Shown: one piece after another, positions 1 to 7,275 of the stretch
How positions within the stretch are numbered: position 1 is the stretch's first letter
How the letters are laid out: the number at the start of each line of letters is the position of its first letter
IMG/VR virus record: IMGVR_UViG_3300046171_000167
Source: an uncultured virus (IMG/VR IMGVR_UViG_3300046171_000167)
Lineage: Duplodnaviria; Heunggongvirae; Uroviricota; Caudoviricetes; Crassvirales
Length of the DNA stretch: 64,000 nt
Strand: one strand, 5' to 3'
The notes under the pieces: generated by a model
Databases searched by the model: none
What the model was told of the DNA's origin: nothing
What the model saw: the letters and a program-made list of their open reading frames with translations, nothing else
Made by a program: the position numbers and the translations under genes

Positions 1-241
1 TTCTCGACGCTTCAATATAGTTCTCCTCTAATATATATTTACTTAATAACTTATCTAGCCTATCTAATTGTACTGCAATTAAATCCTCGTCTGTCTTTAC
101 GTGCTTTGTCATAAATCCTATTTCATGATCTTCTGGGTGGTCTGTTATCATTTTCATAAAATTCTGATCATACTGTTCTTGTCTGTAAAGTAATTTTTTA
201 ACTACAAGGTCTGCTAACTTTTCTATTTCTTTGTCTGTCAT
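1..241 (-). CDS. Hypothetical protein, partial (runs off the window's left edge); possible UVR-type coiled coil at the C-terminus
   Basis: Hand-translated from ATG at 241 (MTDKEIEKLADLVVKK...LEENYIEASR) with no stop; TAATG overlap with the upstream gene. Confidence 0.6.
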   Translation of the reverse strand, partial: MTDKEIEKLADLVVKKLLYRQEQYDQNFMKMITDHPEDHEIGFMTKHVKTDEDLIAVQLDRLDKLLSKYILEENYIEASR

Positions 242-846
242 TAGTGATATATTAATCCTACTTTTTTGTTATTACTAAACCATTTTGTTGCAAATAAATC
301 TAGCTTACTAGCATTGACAAAGTCTGCTCTTTCCAACTCTTGCTCGGACTTGAATATTTTTGTGTACCTATCTAACTGATAATCAATTAGATGCGTCTGC
401 TTACCGCTGTCGCTAAAGATAACATCAAAATTTTCAGGCAAGTCGGTGTCTTTAAATAACTGTACCATATTAGTATAGCTATAAAATTTTACCTCGGGAA
501 AGAGCAAAGCAATGTCGATCCACTTACTTAAGTATTTACGGGAATAGTAGTCACCGCTGTCATGCACTCTAACATAGTCGGGTTTTTTCTTAACTATTTC
601 GTTATACATTTTATCAACAAAGTCATCTTTTTTAGACATCTCATAACGTTTCTCAAACGCAGGTTTTACGTTACCCCATATGTACGCGCCTTTACGTGCA
701 TAGCAAAACTTTACGCAGGAGTCTGCCATAGGGCATATAACTTTACCAGATGCGGACTTGTATGCCGGTAAACCAAAGTTAAAAACTCTAACTCCTAGTT
801 CTTTGCTTGTCTTTTTTAATTTACCGTTTTGTGTAAGTAGATTCAT
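241..846 (-). CDS. Gp88-like radical-SAM-type Fe-S protein
   Basis: CPMADSCVKFCYARKG cysteine cluster plus RVHDSGD and FYSYT motifs typical of phage gene-product-88 family. Confidence 0.75.
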   Translation of the reverse strand: MNLLTQNGKLKKTSKELGVRVFNFGLPAYKSASGKVICPMADSCVKFCYARKGAYIWGNVKPAFEKRYEMSKKDDFVDKMYNEIVKKKPDYVRVHDSGDYYSRKYLSKWIDIALLFPEVKFYSYTNMVQLFKDTDLPENFDVIFSDSGKQTHLIDYQLDRYTKIFKSEQELERADFVNASKLDLFATKWFSNNKKVGLIYH

Positions 847-858
847 TTTTTTTGTTTT

Positions 859-886
859 TATTATCTATATAAATTCGTGTTAGCCT
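859..886 (-). promoter_or_regulatory. Class A promoter-like motif, copy 1
   Basis: Plus strand TATTATC-N8-TTCGTGT-tagCCT (minus strand AGG-N3-ACACGAA-N8-GATAATA), just upstream of the Gp88 ATG; 9 copies in the window. Confidence 0.75.
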
Positions 887-892
887 TATAAT

Positions 893-963
893 AAGAGGCG
901 TGATGGGCGTCTAATACATTTTCAGCATTAACTATACCGGCCGGTCCACCCATGTTTGCCTCT
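893..963 (-). ncRNA. Candidate structured RNA or cis-element (multi-stem), family unknown
   Basis: Nested pairings AGAGGC/GCCTCT, ATGGGTG/CGCCCAT, TAATGC/GTATTA and the palindrome ACCGGCCGGT in a GC-rich intergenic island. Confidence 0.4.
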
Positions 964-985
964 AGAGTTGTGTAACAATTAACAA

Positions 986-1435
986 CTACTTATCTTTTTC
1001 TGGCCATTCATAACCTTGATCTTCTAGCTCTTGCTCGATCTCTTGCCATATTTCTTCATAAAACTCTACATAAGCTTCACTTACAGCGTCTTGAAAGCCA
1101 TAATTATCTTCTTTAGCATACTCATCTATCTGTATTGTAGATCCATTAAGTAATGCTTCAGGTAATTTTTCAAACCAATCCGATTCATAGTAATAAACGT
1201 CTTCGGTGAGCGAAACTTTCATTTCGTTTTCGGTTGCTACATATACTTCATATCCGTCTGCCGTACTTTCGGTATAGAAAGCTATATCAAAATTATTCCA
1301 ACTTTCCGTGAATGTAGCATCGTAGTGTGAGCAAAGCAACTTTACTTGCTCATCTGTGTCAATATCGTGCACATCTAGTATGCCTTTCTTCTCTAGTTCA
1401 GCTATAATTAGCTCTTCAGTTAGTACTTTACTCAT
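986..1435 (-). CDS. Acidic hypothetical protein
   Basis: 149-aa D/E-rich ORF, ATGA overlap with the upstream gene. Confidence 0.75.
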   Translation of the reverse strand: MSKVLTEELIIAELEKKGILDVHDIDTDEQVKLLCSHYDATFTESWNNFDIAFYTESTADGYEVYVATENEMKVSLTEDVYYYESDWFEKLPEALLNGSTIQIDEYAKEDNYGFQDAVSEAYVEFYEEIWQEIEQELEDQGYEWPEKDK

Positions 1436-1689
1436 GATATTCGTGTATATATGTTACCGTTCGCTGCTACTCTTGTGATATTATTAACGTTTATAGTTCT
1501 ATACCCGTTATCGTTTAGTGAAAACACTACAATATAGTTGTGATCTGATGGGTTGTAAGTCATTTGACCACCCTTTAAGTGCTTTCTTACGCCAAATCTT
1601 GCGTTAAATTGTCTTAATTCACCATTCTTTTTTACGAATGTTATGTTGAATATTCTACCGTTTTGTAATTTTTCTATATTTAATTTCAT
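1432..1689 (-). CDS. WYL_2/SH3 (Sm-like) fold protein
   Basis: IFNITFVKKNGELR...VVFSLNDNGYRTINV pattern typical of phage WYL_2/SH3-fold proteins. Confidence 0.65.
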   Translation of the reverse strand: MKLNIEKLQNGRIFNITFVKKNGELRQFNARFGVRKHLKGGQMTYNPSDHNYIVVFSLNDNGYRTINVNNITRVAANGNIYTRIS

Positions 1690-1691
1690 AA

Positions 1692-1931
1692 CTATTTTTT
1701 TAAAGGTTTAAAGAATGCATCACCGTATTTGAAATCCCATGGTGAAATTTGGGAAATACTTGTGTTAGAAAAGCACATAAGACTTTTAACATCACTGATG
1801 GTTAGATCGTCATAAAATGTAGTATTTTTTAGTAAAGGTATTAATGAACTGTTTACTGTTGAATACTTTTCAGCGCTTACTTTTAGCTCTCGCTTGACTG
1901 AAGGCTTAAGTCTTTGAAATAAATTTTGCAT
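1692..1931 (-). CDS. Hypothetical protein
   Basis: 79-aa ORF directly downstream of a class A motif. Confidence 0.75.
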   Translation of the reverse strand: MQNLFQRLKPSVKRELKVSAEKYSTVNSSLIPLLKNTTFYDDLTISDVKSLMCFSNTSISQISPWDFKYGDAFFKPLKK

Positions 1932-1958
1932 TATATTAAGTTTTAAATGTTACACTAT

Positions 1959-1986
1959 TATTATCGTTGAGGTTTCGTATCAACCT
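1959..1986 (-). promoter_or_regulatory. Class A promoter-like motif, copy 2
   Basis: TATTATC-gttgaggt-TTCGTAT-caaCCT. Confidence 0.75.
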
Positions 1987-1988
1987 CG

Positions 1989-2267
1989 TTAATCGCCGGT
2001 AAAATCACCGGATCGTTTACTAGCATAGTACTCCGCACACCCCGCATCGTGCAGGTCGCGTAAATGGTCGTAATGTATAGCATTGTCGAGTGCTTCGTCA
2101 AGCCATTGTTTACATTCATCTAGTGTGGGAGCACTAAATCTAGTCGGGTGCACTTTTTTAATGTAGTTACGGAAACTCCATCCACTAGCTTGCTGCCCGT
2201 TCCAAGTGGTCCACTCTCTGTAGTCGATCGGCTCACCCCTGTATACTATGGAATTATGCTTTGACAT
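1989..2267 (-). CDS. Hypothetical protein
   Basis: 92-aa ORF in a co-oriented cluster. Confidence 0.7.
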   Translation of the reverse strand: MSKHNSIVYRGEPIDYREWTTWNGQQASGWSFRNYIKKVHPTRFSAPTLDECKQWLDEALDNAIHYDHLRDLHDAGCAEYYASKRSGDFTGD

Positions 2268-2451
2268 AGGTGAAACCTTTAAAATTGAACCACTCGTTTA
2301 TACCTTTAACGAATATTTCTTCGCCTTGGTCATTGTAATCGGTAATGTATTTATAACCGAACTTGTTAGGTATATCACCAATCAATACTGGTTTATACAC
2401 TTTGCCATTCAAGGCAATTCTTTTTTCAGAAAGGAATTTAATTTTATTCAT
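2254..2451 (-). CDS. Hypothetical protein
   Basis: 65-aa ORF downstream of a class A motif and the 13-nt leader element. Confidence 0.7.
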   Translation of the reverse strand: MNKIKFLSEKRIALNGKVYKPVLIGDIPNKFGYKYITDYNDQGEEIFVKGINEWFNFKGFTYVKA

Positions 2452-2476
2452 AATTATTATTTAATTGTTACACTTT

Positions 2477-2504
2477 AATTATCTTGATTAATTCGTATTA
2501 AGCT
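2477..2504 (-). promoter_or_regulatory. Class A promoter-like motif, copy 3 (variant)
   Basis: AATTATC-ttgattaa-TTCGTAT. Confidence 0.65.
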
Positions 2505-2727
2505 TCATTAATAGCTCACCGATCGCATATTTTATTAATACCACACCTTTATCATCCGTCTCCTCTATCGCGTTGTTTTCAAACATTTGATCCATTACAG
2601 TGGAGTGTATGTGTTCTTCGTAGTAGCTCACTAAACTATCGGCTACATCGCTAGCTTTATTTAACTCGTCTGAAGTTATATTATTCCTAGCTATACTGTT
2701 CATCATATTTAATAAATTATCTTTCAT
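2488..2727 (-). CDS. Hypothetical protein
   Basis: 79-aa ORF, ATGA overlap. Confidence 0.7.
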   Translation of the reverse strand: MKDNLLNMMNSIARNNITSDELNKASDVADSLVSYYEEHIHSTVMDQMFENNAIEETDDKGVVLIKYAIGELLMKLNTN

Positions 2728-2984
2728 ATTAATTTCCGTTTATATATTTTCTTTCCCTTGTTTACCATCCACTCACAATTAGTTAAGGAATGGCCAGCTC
2801 GGTATAGGTATTCTTCTACACTCTCTTCGTCAGGTTCCCAAGTAACGTATTTGTATACTTTACCATCTTCGAAATCTAATACCCATATGTACAGTGCATC
2901 GTCGTACACTTTACGCTTGTCAGGGTTTTGAGTCCACCAACCTTCCTCTTGCATTTCGTAATATTTTTTTACTGAATCACTCAT
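2724..2984 (-). CDS. Hypothetical protein
   Basis: 86-aa ORF downstream of a class A motif. Confidence 0.7.
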   Translation of the reverse strand: MSDSVKKYYEMQEEGWWTQNPDKRKVYDDALYIWVLDFEDGKVYKYVTWEPDEESVEEYLYRAGHSLTNCEWMVNKGKKIYKRKLI

Positions 2985-2999
2985 AGTATTAATTTATTA

Positions 3000-3022
3000 T
3001 ATTATCAAAACGGTACTCGTAT
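3000..3022 (-). promoter_or_regulatory. Class A promoter-like motif, copy 4 (9-nt spacer variant)
   Basis: TATTATC-aaaacggta-CTCGTAT. Confidence 0.55.
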
Positions 3023-3331
3023 TTTGCTTTTTAAACCTATTAAGTGGTCTTCAAAGTCACCTAACCAGCTAGAGTCTTTACTACCTATGCTCCACCAAGT
3101 AAGTTCGTTTTTAGTATACTCTTCATCCCAAGTCTTCCAATCATAGATATGAAATTGCTTACCTTTAAATTCAACTACCCATTCATACTGTACTTTGCCA
3201 TCACCCGAGTCTTCAGGTTTAAATAGTGGCTCACCGAGAATAGCCGTAAGGTCATGGTATGTAAAGTCAATCAAACTACCAACTTTGTGAGAACTCCACT
3301 CGACTTCATCTTTGTATTCTATTACTCTCAT
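3005..3331 (-). CDS. Hypothetical phage protein
   Basis: In-frame ATG at 3331 (MRVIEY...); DGKVQYEW...FHIYDWK motif. Confidence 0.75.
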   Translation of the reverse strand: MRVIEYKDEVEWSSHKVGSLIDFTYHDLTAILGEPLFKPEDSGDGKVQYEWVVEFKGKQFHIYDWKTWDEEYTKNELTWWSIGSKDSSWLGDFEDHLIGLKSKIRVPF

Positions 3332-3533
3332 AGCACATTGTAATAATAGTGTTCCCACACTTGTTCAACTGCACATGCAAAGTCATCTTTGTCGATCGTT
3401 CCATCACTTAAACACATAATGTGAAACTGTATTTCTTTTAATAATTGTTCCATAGTAAAGTATATTAATTGTTTATTACTCAAATTTTAGTTGTATGTAT
3501 AACATCACCTCTCTCTGTTAGTGATTTCAAAAC

Positions 3534-3580
3534 TGTGACATTAGGTAGTTAAGTTATATGAATAACAGGCTACTGTCGCA
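3534..3580. repeat. 47-bp imperfect palindrome, copy A
   Basis: TGTGACATTAGGTAGTTAAGTTATATGAATAACAGGCTACTGTCGCA; its reverse complement matches copy C at 34/47. Confidence 0.85.
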
Positions 3581-3595
3581 CTTTTTATACACTTA

Positions 3596-3623
3596 TATTA
3601 TCTTTTAGTATTCGTATTTCCTT
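3596..3623 (-). promoter_or_regulatory. Class A promoter-like motif, copy 5
   Basis: TATTATC-ttttagta-TTCGTAT-ttcCTT. Confidence 0.75.
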
Positions 3624-3760
3624 TATACCAACTCTACATTACATTTCTTAGCTGCAAATTTCATTAGTATTTCGGTGTAGTGTCGTGAATCACCACATAA
3701 GTTTTCTATATAACCTCCACCGTGAAAATATTGTAGTGCTTCCATTACTTCTTTTTTCAT
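3623..3760 (-). CDS. Small hypothetical protein (45 aa)
   Basis: Hand-translated MKKEVMEALQYFHGGGYIENLCGDSRHYTEILMKFAAKKCNVELV; has its own class A motif and leader element. Confidence 0.65.
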   Translation of the reverse strand: MKKEVMEALQYFHGGGYIENLCGDSRHYTEILMKFAAKKCNVELV

Positions 3761-3787
3761 AATTCTTATATTTAATTGTTACACCTT

Positions 3788-3815
3788 TATTATCATTTGA
3801 TCTTCGTGTTTCCCT
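3788..3815 (-). promoter_or_regulatory. Class A promoter-like motif, copy 6
   Basis: TATTATC-atttgatc-TTCGTGT-ttcCCT. Confidence 0.75.
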
Positions 3816-3830
3816 TCTATTAGTGCGGTG

Positions 3831-3853
3831 ATGCTATACGCGTTGCTATACAC
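3831..3853. repeat. 23-bp direct repeat, copy 1
   Basis: ATGCTATACGCGTTGCTATACAC; 22/23 identical to 4496-4518. Confidence 0.85.
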
Positions 3854-3883
3854 CCTTAGGCGGGTGATGAGGTCAACCTCAAC

Positions 3884-3994
3884 TTAAAGCTGACCTGTTA
3901 CCAGTCTCCAGATCGATACTCCGATCCCAGAGATCGCGAGAGCACTCAGACACACTATCCAAATGCTCACGACTATTCTCCCGACCCTGCGCAT
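3884..3994 (-). CDS. 36-aa single-pass membrane peptide
   Basis: Hand-translated MRRVGRIVVSIWIVCLSALAISGIGVSIWRLVTGQL; TAATG overlap with the upstream ORF. Confidence 0.55.
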   Translation of the reverse strand: MRRVGRIVVSIWIVCLSALAISGIGVSIWRLVTGQL

Positions 3995-4251
3995 TATATT
4001 ACGTCTGATGGGTCCATGTCTCGTACGAACTTAGGTAGGTCGAACGTCTGAGAGTAATACTTGTACTTTAAGAAGCACTTCATATTGTCGAATCTCTCTT
4101 TGTGGTATTCGTACACTTTATCGTGACTGTACTTGTGCTCTTTACCGTCCCAGTCTGTGAACTGTACTATTACACCTTTACCGATTAATGACTTGCGAAT
4201 GATGAATCTCTTAGATACTAATACATTCTCTTTTTTACTTTTTTTACTCAT
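3994..4251 (-). CDS. Hypothetical basic protein
   Basis: 85-aa ORF downstream of a class A motif and leader element. Confidence 0.8.
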   Translation of the reverse strand: MSKKSKKENVLVSKRFIIRKSLIGKGVIVQFTDWDGKEHKYSHDKVYEYHKERFDNMKCFLKYKYYSQTFDLPKFVRDMDPSDVI

Positions 4252-4278
4252 TGTTATTATATTTAATTGTTACACTTA

Positions 4279-4306
4279 TATTATCATTACTGTTTCGTAT
4301 TACCTT
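4279..4306 (-). promoter_or_regulatory. Class A promoter-like motif, copy 7
   Basis: TATTATC-attactgt-TTCGTAT-tacCTT. Confidence 0.75.
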
Positions 4307-4441
4307 CTATTCTTGTAATACTCGTTTGTCGATTTGATCTGCAAGGAAGAGATCACGTGTCTCCTCGTCACTGTCGTTCTTGTCGAGGTAACTTAAGAAT
4401 ACCTTCTCGATTATCTGCATGTGTCTGCTACTATATTCCAT
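4307..4441 (-). CDS. Small hypothetical protein (44 aa)
   Basis: Hand-translated MEYSSRHMQIIEKVFLSYLDKNDSDEETRDLFLADQIDKRVLQE; follows class A copy 8. Confidence 0.6.
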   Translation of the reverse strand: MEYSSRHMQIIEKVFLSYLDKNDSDEETRDLFLADQIDKRVLQE

Positions 4442-4465
4442 ATCTACTATTTTTATATTCACTTT

Positions 4466-4493
4466 TATTATCGCACATCACTCGTACTTCCCT
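4466..4493 (-). promoter_or_regulatory. Class A promoter-like motif, copy 8
   Basis: TATTATC-gcacatca-CTCGTAC-ttcCCT. Confidence 0.7.
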
Positions 4494-4495
4494 CT

Positions 4496-4518
4496 ATGCT
4501 ATACGCGTTGCTATGCAC
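4496..4518. repeat. 23-bp direct repeat, copy 2
   Basis: ATGCTATACGCGTTGCTATGCAC. Confidence 0.85.
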
Positions 4519-4729
4519 GCTCCGCGCTGCTCCGCTGCATTCCGCGATCCGTAACCGTAAACCCCGGACCGAAACCCTGCGATGAACCTGATCCGAGTCC
4601 AGAAGCCGGAAACCATAACCGCAAACCAGGAAACAGAGGTGGGGCTGGCAAAAAGAATTAGCTTTTTATTTTTAGTATGGCACAATATTTGTATAGCGCT
4701 ACCCAAAAGCTCTATATTTGCAATAAAAA

Positions 4730-4776
4730 TATGACGGTAGCCTATTATGTTATATAAATAGCACCCAACTGTCGCA
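4730..4776. repeat. 47-bp imperfect palindrome, copy B
   Basis: TATGACGGTAGCCTATTATGTTATATAAATAGCACCCAACTGTCGCA; 32/47 identical to copy C. Confidence 0.8.
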
Positions 4777-4796
4777 TTTAATTAGCTTATTTACTA

Positions 4797-4806
4797 TGTA
4801 ATTATA
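4797..4806 (+). promoter_or_regulatory. Class B (late-type) promoter-like motif NGTAATWATA
   Basis: TGTAATTATA 6 nt before the first plus-strand gene; recurs at 5096, 23402, 29385, 41503, 51075 and, on the minus strand, 62390. Confidence 0.6.
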
Positions 4807-4812
4807 CAATGT

Positions 4813-5079
4813 ATGGGAAAACAGAAACTATCAGCAGCCGCGAGGCGCAGGAAATCGGCTAGAGACTTGGCATATGCTAACACTCCGGCTAGAAAAGCGA
4901 AAAGAGCAGAGAATCAAAGGCTGCGTAGAGCTGCTAAAAAGGCAGGTAGAAACGTAGATGGCTTAGATTTTGACCATAAAACAAGAACTTTTAAGTCTAC
5001 TAAGAGAAATCGAGGTAATGACGGAGAAGGGACTAAGAAAGAAAGCGGGAAAAGCTATAAAGTAACCAGATCCCGATAA
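4813..5079 (+). CDS. Small basic protein with a degenerate HNH-like motif
   Basis: R/K-rich, DFDH...S...NR pattern. Confidence 0.6.
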   Translation: MGKQKLSAAARRRKSARDLAYANTPARKAKRAENQRLRRAAKKAGRNVDGLDFDHKTRTFKSTKRNRGNDGEGTKKESGKSYKVTRSR

Positions 5080-5125
5080 AATTTTTACGCTAACGCGTAA
5101 TTATATATAATATAAGACCAAAACC

Positions 5126-5446
5126 ATGACTTATTTTTACAAAACCTATTCCTGGTCACAAGGTGATTCAGGGGTATCCGAAGAAACCAGAAATCTTTGG
5201 GAGCATATTGCTATGAAAAAAAACTGGCGAATTGTTCAACTACCAAATGGATTCTTTCAGGCTGAGTACAAAGACCCAAATTGCGAATGTGATCCCGAAA
5301 AGGACACGTGTTGCGAAAAATGGATTGATGTAACACGAAGAGAGACACTAGAAAGCTGTGAAGCTGCAATTGACGGAAGCATTGAGCATTACAAAAAGAA
5401 GATAGACTTCTTGAAAGGACCAAAAGTAGTAAAAACCTTTAAATAA
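5126..5446 (+). CDS. Hypothetical protein
   Basis: 106-aa ORF preceded by a class B motif (5096-5105). Confidence 0.8.
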   Translation: MTYFYKTYSWSQGDSGVSEETRNLWEHIAMKKNWRIVQLPNGFFQAEYKDPNCECDPEKDTCCEKWIDVTRRETLESCEAAIDGSIEHYKKKIDFLKGPKVVKTFK

Positions 5447-5465
5447 CCACAAAAAAACAAATTTA

Positions 5466-7031
5466 ATGCAATTTAATAATCCAAGTGAAATAGTTAAAGA
5501 CCTTACCTTTGGTACGGCAGCTTCCGATAAAATAATGGCGGGAGTAAATAAATTAGCAAACGCAGTGAAGTCCACTTTAGGAGCTTCCGGAAAATGCGTT
5601 ATTTACGAAGATGCTCTCGGCAGACCGGTAATCACAAAAGATGGTGTAACCGTTGCTCAAAGCGTAGTCTTAATAGACCCGGTCGAAAATATAGGAGCAA
5701 CTTTAATTAAAGAAGCAGCGAATAATACTGTAAAAGAGGCTGGCGATGGTACAACCACTGCTACAGTATTAGCGCATGCTTTATTAAAGAACATATTTGA
5801 AAACGAAGATGAAACTGAAATTAGAGAAATTAAAAACGGCATTGAAAGCTGTGCTAACAAAATTATGGTACAACTTGATAAGACCAGTATACCTGTTGAG
5901 GGTGAAATGCTTAAGCAAGTTGCTATCATTAGCTGTAATAATGAAAAAGAGCTCGGAAGCAAAATTGGAGAAGCTTACGAAAAAGTTGGCAGAGATGGCG
6001 TCGTATTAATGGAAGAATCCGATACAAATGAAACAGATATAGAATTTGTAGACGGAGCACAACTTAAATCGGGGTTAAGATCACCTCATTTAGCAACAGA
6101 TAAAGAAAAGCAAACTTGTACATTAGATAATCCGCTAGTATTAGTTATTGGTTCACCAGTAAATAATATACGTAAAATTCAAAGTGTACTAGAGCATGCA
6201 ATCAAAAACAAGAAATCTATACTTATTGTAGCAGATGTTGAACAACAGCCGTATGCAACATTGGTAGCTAATAAAGTAAAAGGCAATATAAAGGTAAATG
6301 TAATCGAACCACCAGGGTTTGGGCCTACCAGAAACGAAAGTTTAGAAGATATAGCTTTTTTAACAGGCGCTAAGCTTATAAACGAAGAGTTAGGGGATGA
6401 TTTAGATTTTATTGACCCTTCAGTACTAGGTTCAGCAATTAAGTCCGTTACAGACGCTAAAACGACTGTTTTACAAATAGACGATATTGGTGATAGCTTA
6501 GAAGAAAGGATACAAGATGTAAGATCTAAAATAAAAGAAGAAACTAATCCATTTAATAAAAGAAAGCTTGAAGAAAGATTAGCTATGCTGTCAGGTACCG
6601 TGGGTATTATAAAAGTAGGTGCTGATTCTAAAGTAGAGCTTAAAGAAAAGAAGGATAGGGTTGAAGATGCAATATATGCGACAAAAGCTGCCTATAAGGA
6701 GGGAATTGTCCCAGGGGGAGGAGTTGCTTTGTTAAATGCATCGAAAAAAATAAAGCCAGCTAACAAAGGGGAAGAACTGCTGCTATCAGCAATACAATCA
6801 CCGTATAAAACAATATTAAGTAATGCAAACTTAGAATTTGTAGATAACTTAAGAACTGGATACGGTATTGATGTAGTTACTGAAAAACCGGTTAAAATGA
6901 TAAAAGCTGGTATTATAGATCCAGTGCTAGTTACTAAAACCGCCTTAAAAAATGCTGTTAGTGTAGTTAAGACTATTGTGTCTGCTGATTGCGTTATAAG
7001 TAATAAAAGATTAGAAGATGCAAGCAATTAA
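5466..7031 (+). CDS. groEL: Chaperonin GroEL (phage-encoded)
   Basis: ITKDGVTVA, AGDGTTTATVLA, KKDRVEDA, GIVPGGGVAL and GIIDP motifs; no GGM tail. Confidence 0.97.
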   Translation: MQFNNPSEIVKDLTFGTAASDKIMAGVNKLANAVKSTLGASGKCVIYEDALGRPVITKDGVTVAQSVVLIDPVENIGATLIKEAANNTVKEAGDGTTTATVLAHALLKNIFENEDETEIREIKNGIESCANKIMVQLDKTSIPVEGEMLKQVAIISCNNEKELGSKIGEAYEKVGRDGVVLMEESDTNETDIEFVDGAQLKSGLRSPHLATDKEKQTCTLDNPLVLVIGSPVNNIRKIQSVLEHAIKNKKSILIVADVEQQPYATLVANKVKGNIKVNVIEPPGFGPTRNESLEDIAFLTGAKLINEELGDDLDFIDPSVLGSAIKSVTDAKTTVLQIDDIGDSLEERIQDVRSKIKEETNPFNKRKLEERLAMLSGTVGIIKVGADSKVELKEKKDRVEDAIYATKAAYKEGIVPGGGVALLNASKKIKPANKGEELLLSAIQSPYKTILSNANLEFVDNLRTGYGIDVVTEKPVKMIKAGIIDPVLVTKTALKNAVSVVKTIVSADCVISNKRLEDASN

Positions 7032-7275
7032 TTATTATTTAATAGTAGACAAAATAAAAGAAGCGCCGAAGAAAGTAGGTGGCTTAGAGCTAACTGAATC
7101 GCAAAACAAAGATGTAAGATACTCAAAAGGAAAAGTTATAAGTGTCGGTGATCAAATAGATGTATTAAAAAAAGATATGGTCGTTTGGTATGATAAGCAC
7201 GCTGGTCACGGAATTGAGCATGATGGGAAACTGTATTATGTTATTAAAATAAGCGATGTTGTTATTGTGGAATGA
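7018..7275 (+). CDS. groES: Co-chaperonin GroES
   Basis: 85 aa next to groEL; GGLEL mobile loop, GKVISVG, VVWYDKHAG. Confidence 0.9.
   Translation: MQAINYYLIVDKIKEAPKKVGGLELTESQNKDVRYSKGKVISVGDQIDVLKKDMVVWYDKHAGHGIEHDGKLYYVIKISDVVIVE

Noticed and set aside
893..963. c-di-GMP-I (GEMM) riboswitch (GGCAAAC...GACGC...GCCTC)
   Set aside because: Lacks the GNRA-capped P2, GCAAAG junction and P3 receptor arrangement; kept only as an unknown structured element.
859..4493. CRISPR-like array from the recurring motifs
   Set aside because: Spacing is irregular (about 190-1100 bp), the intervals are ORFs, the motif is bipartite with a variable spacer, and there are no cas genes.
4133..4706. Track ORFs 4133-4318, 4267-4554, 4419-4661 and 4494-4706
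   Set aside because: They are antisense to better-supported genes or run through promoter motifs and the GC-rich tract, where stops are rare by composition.
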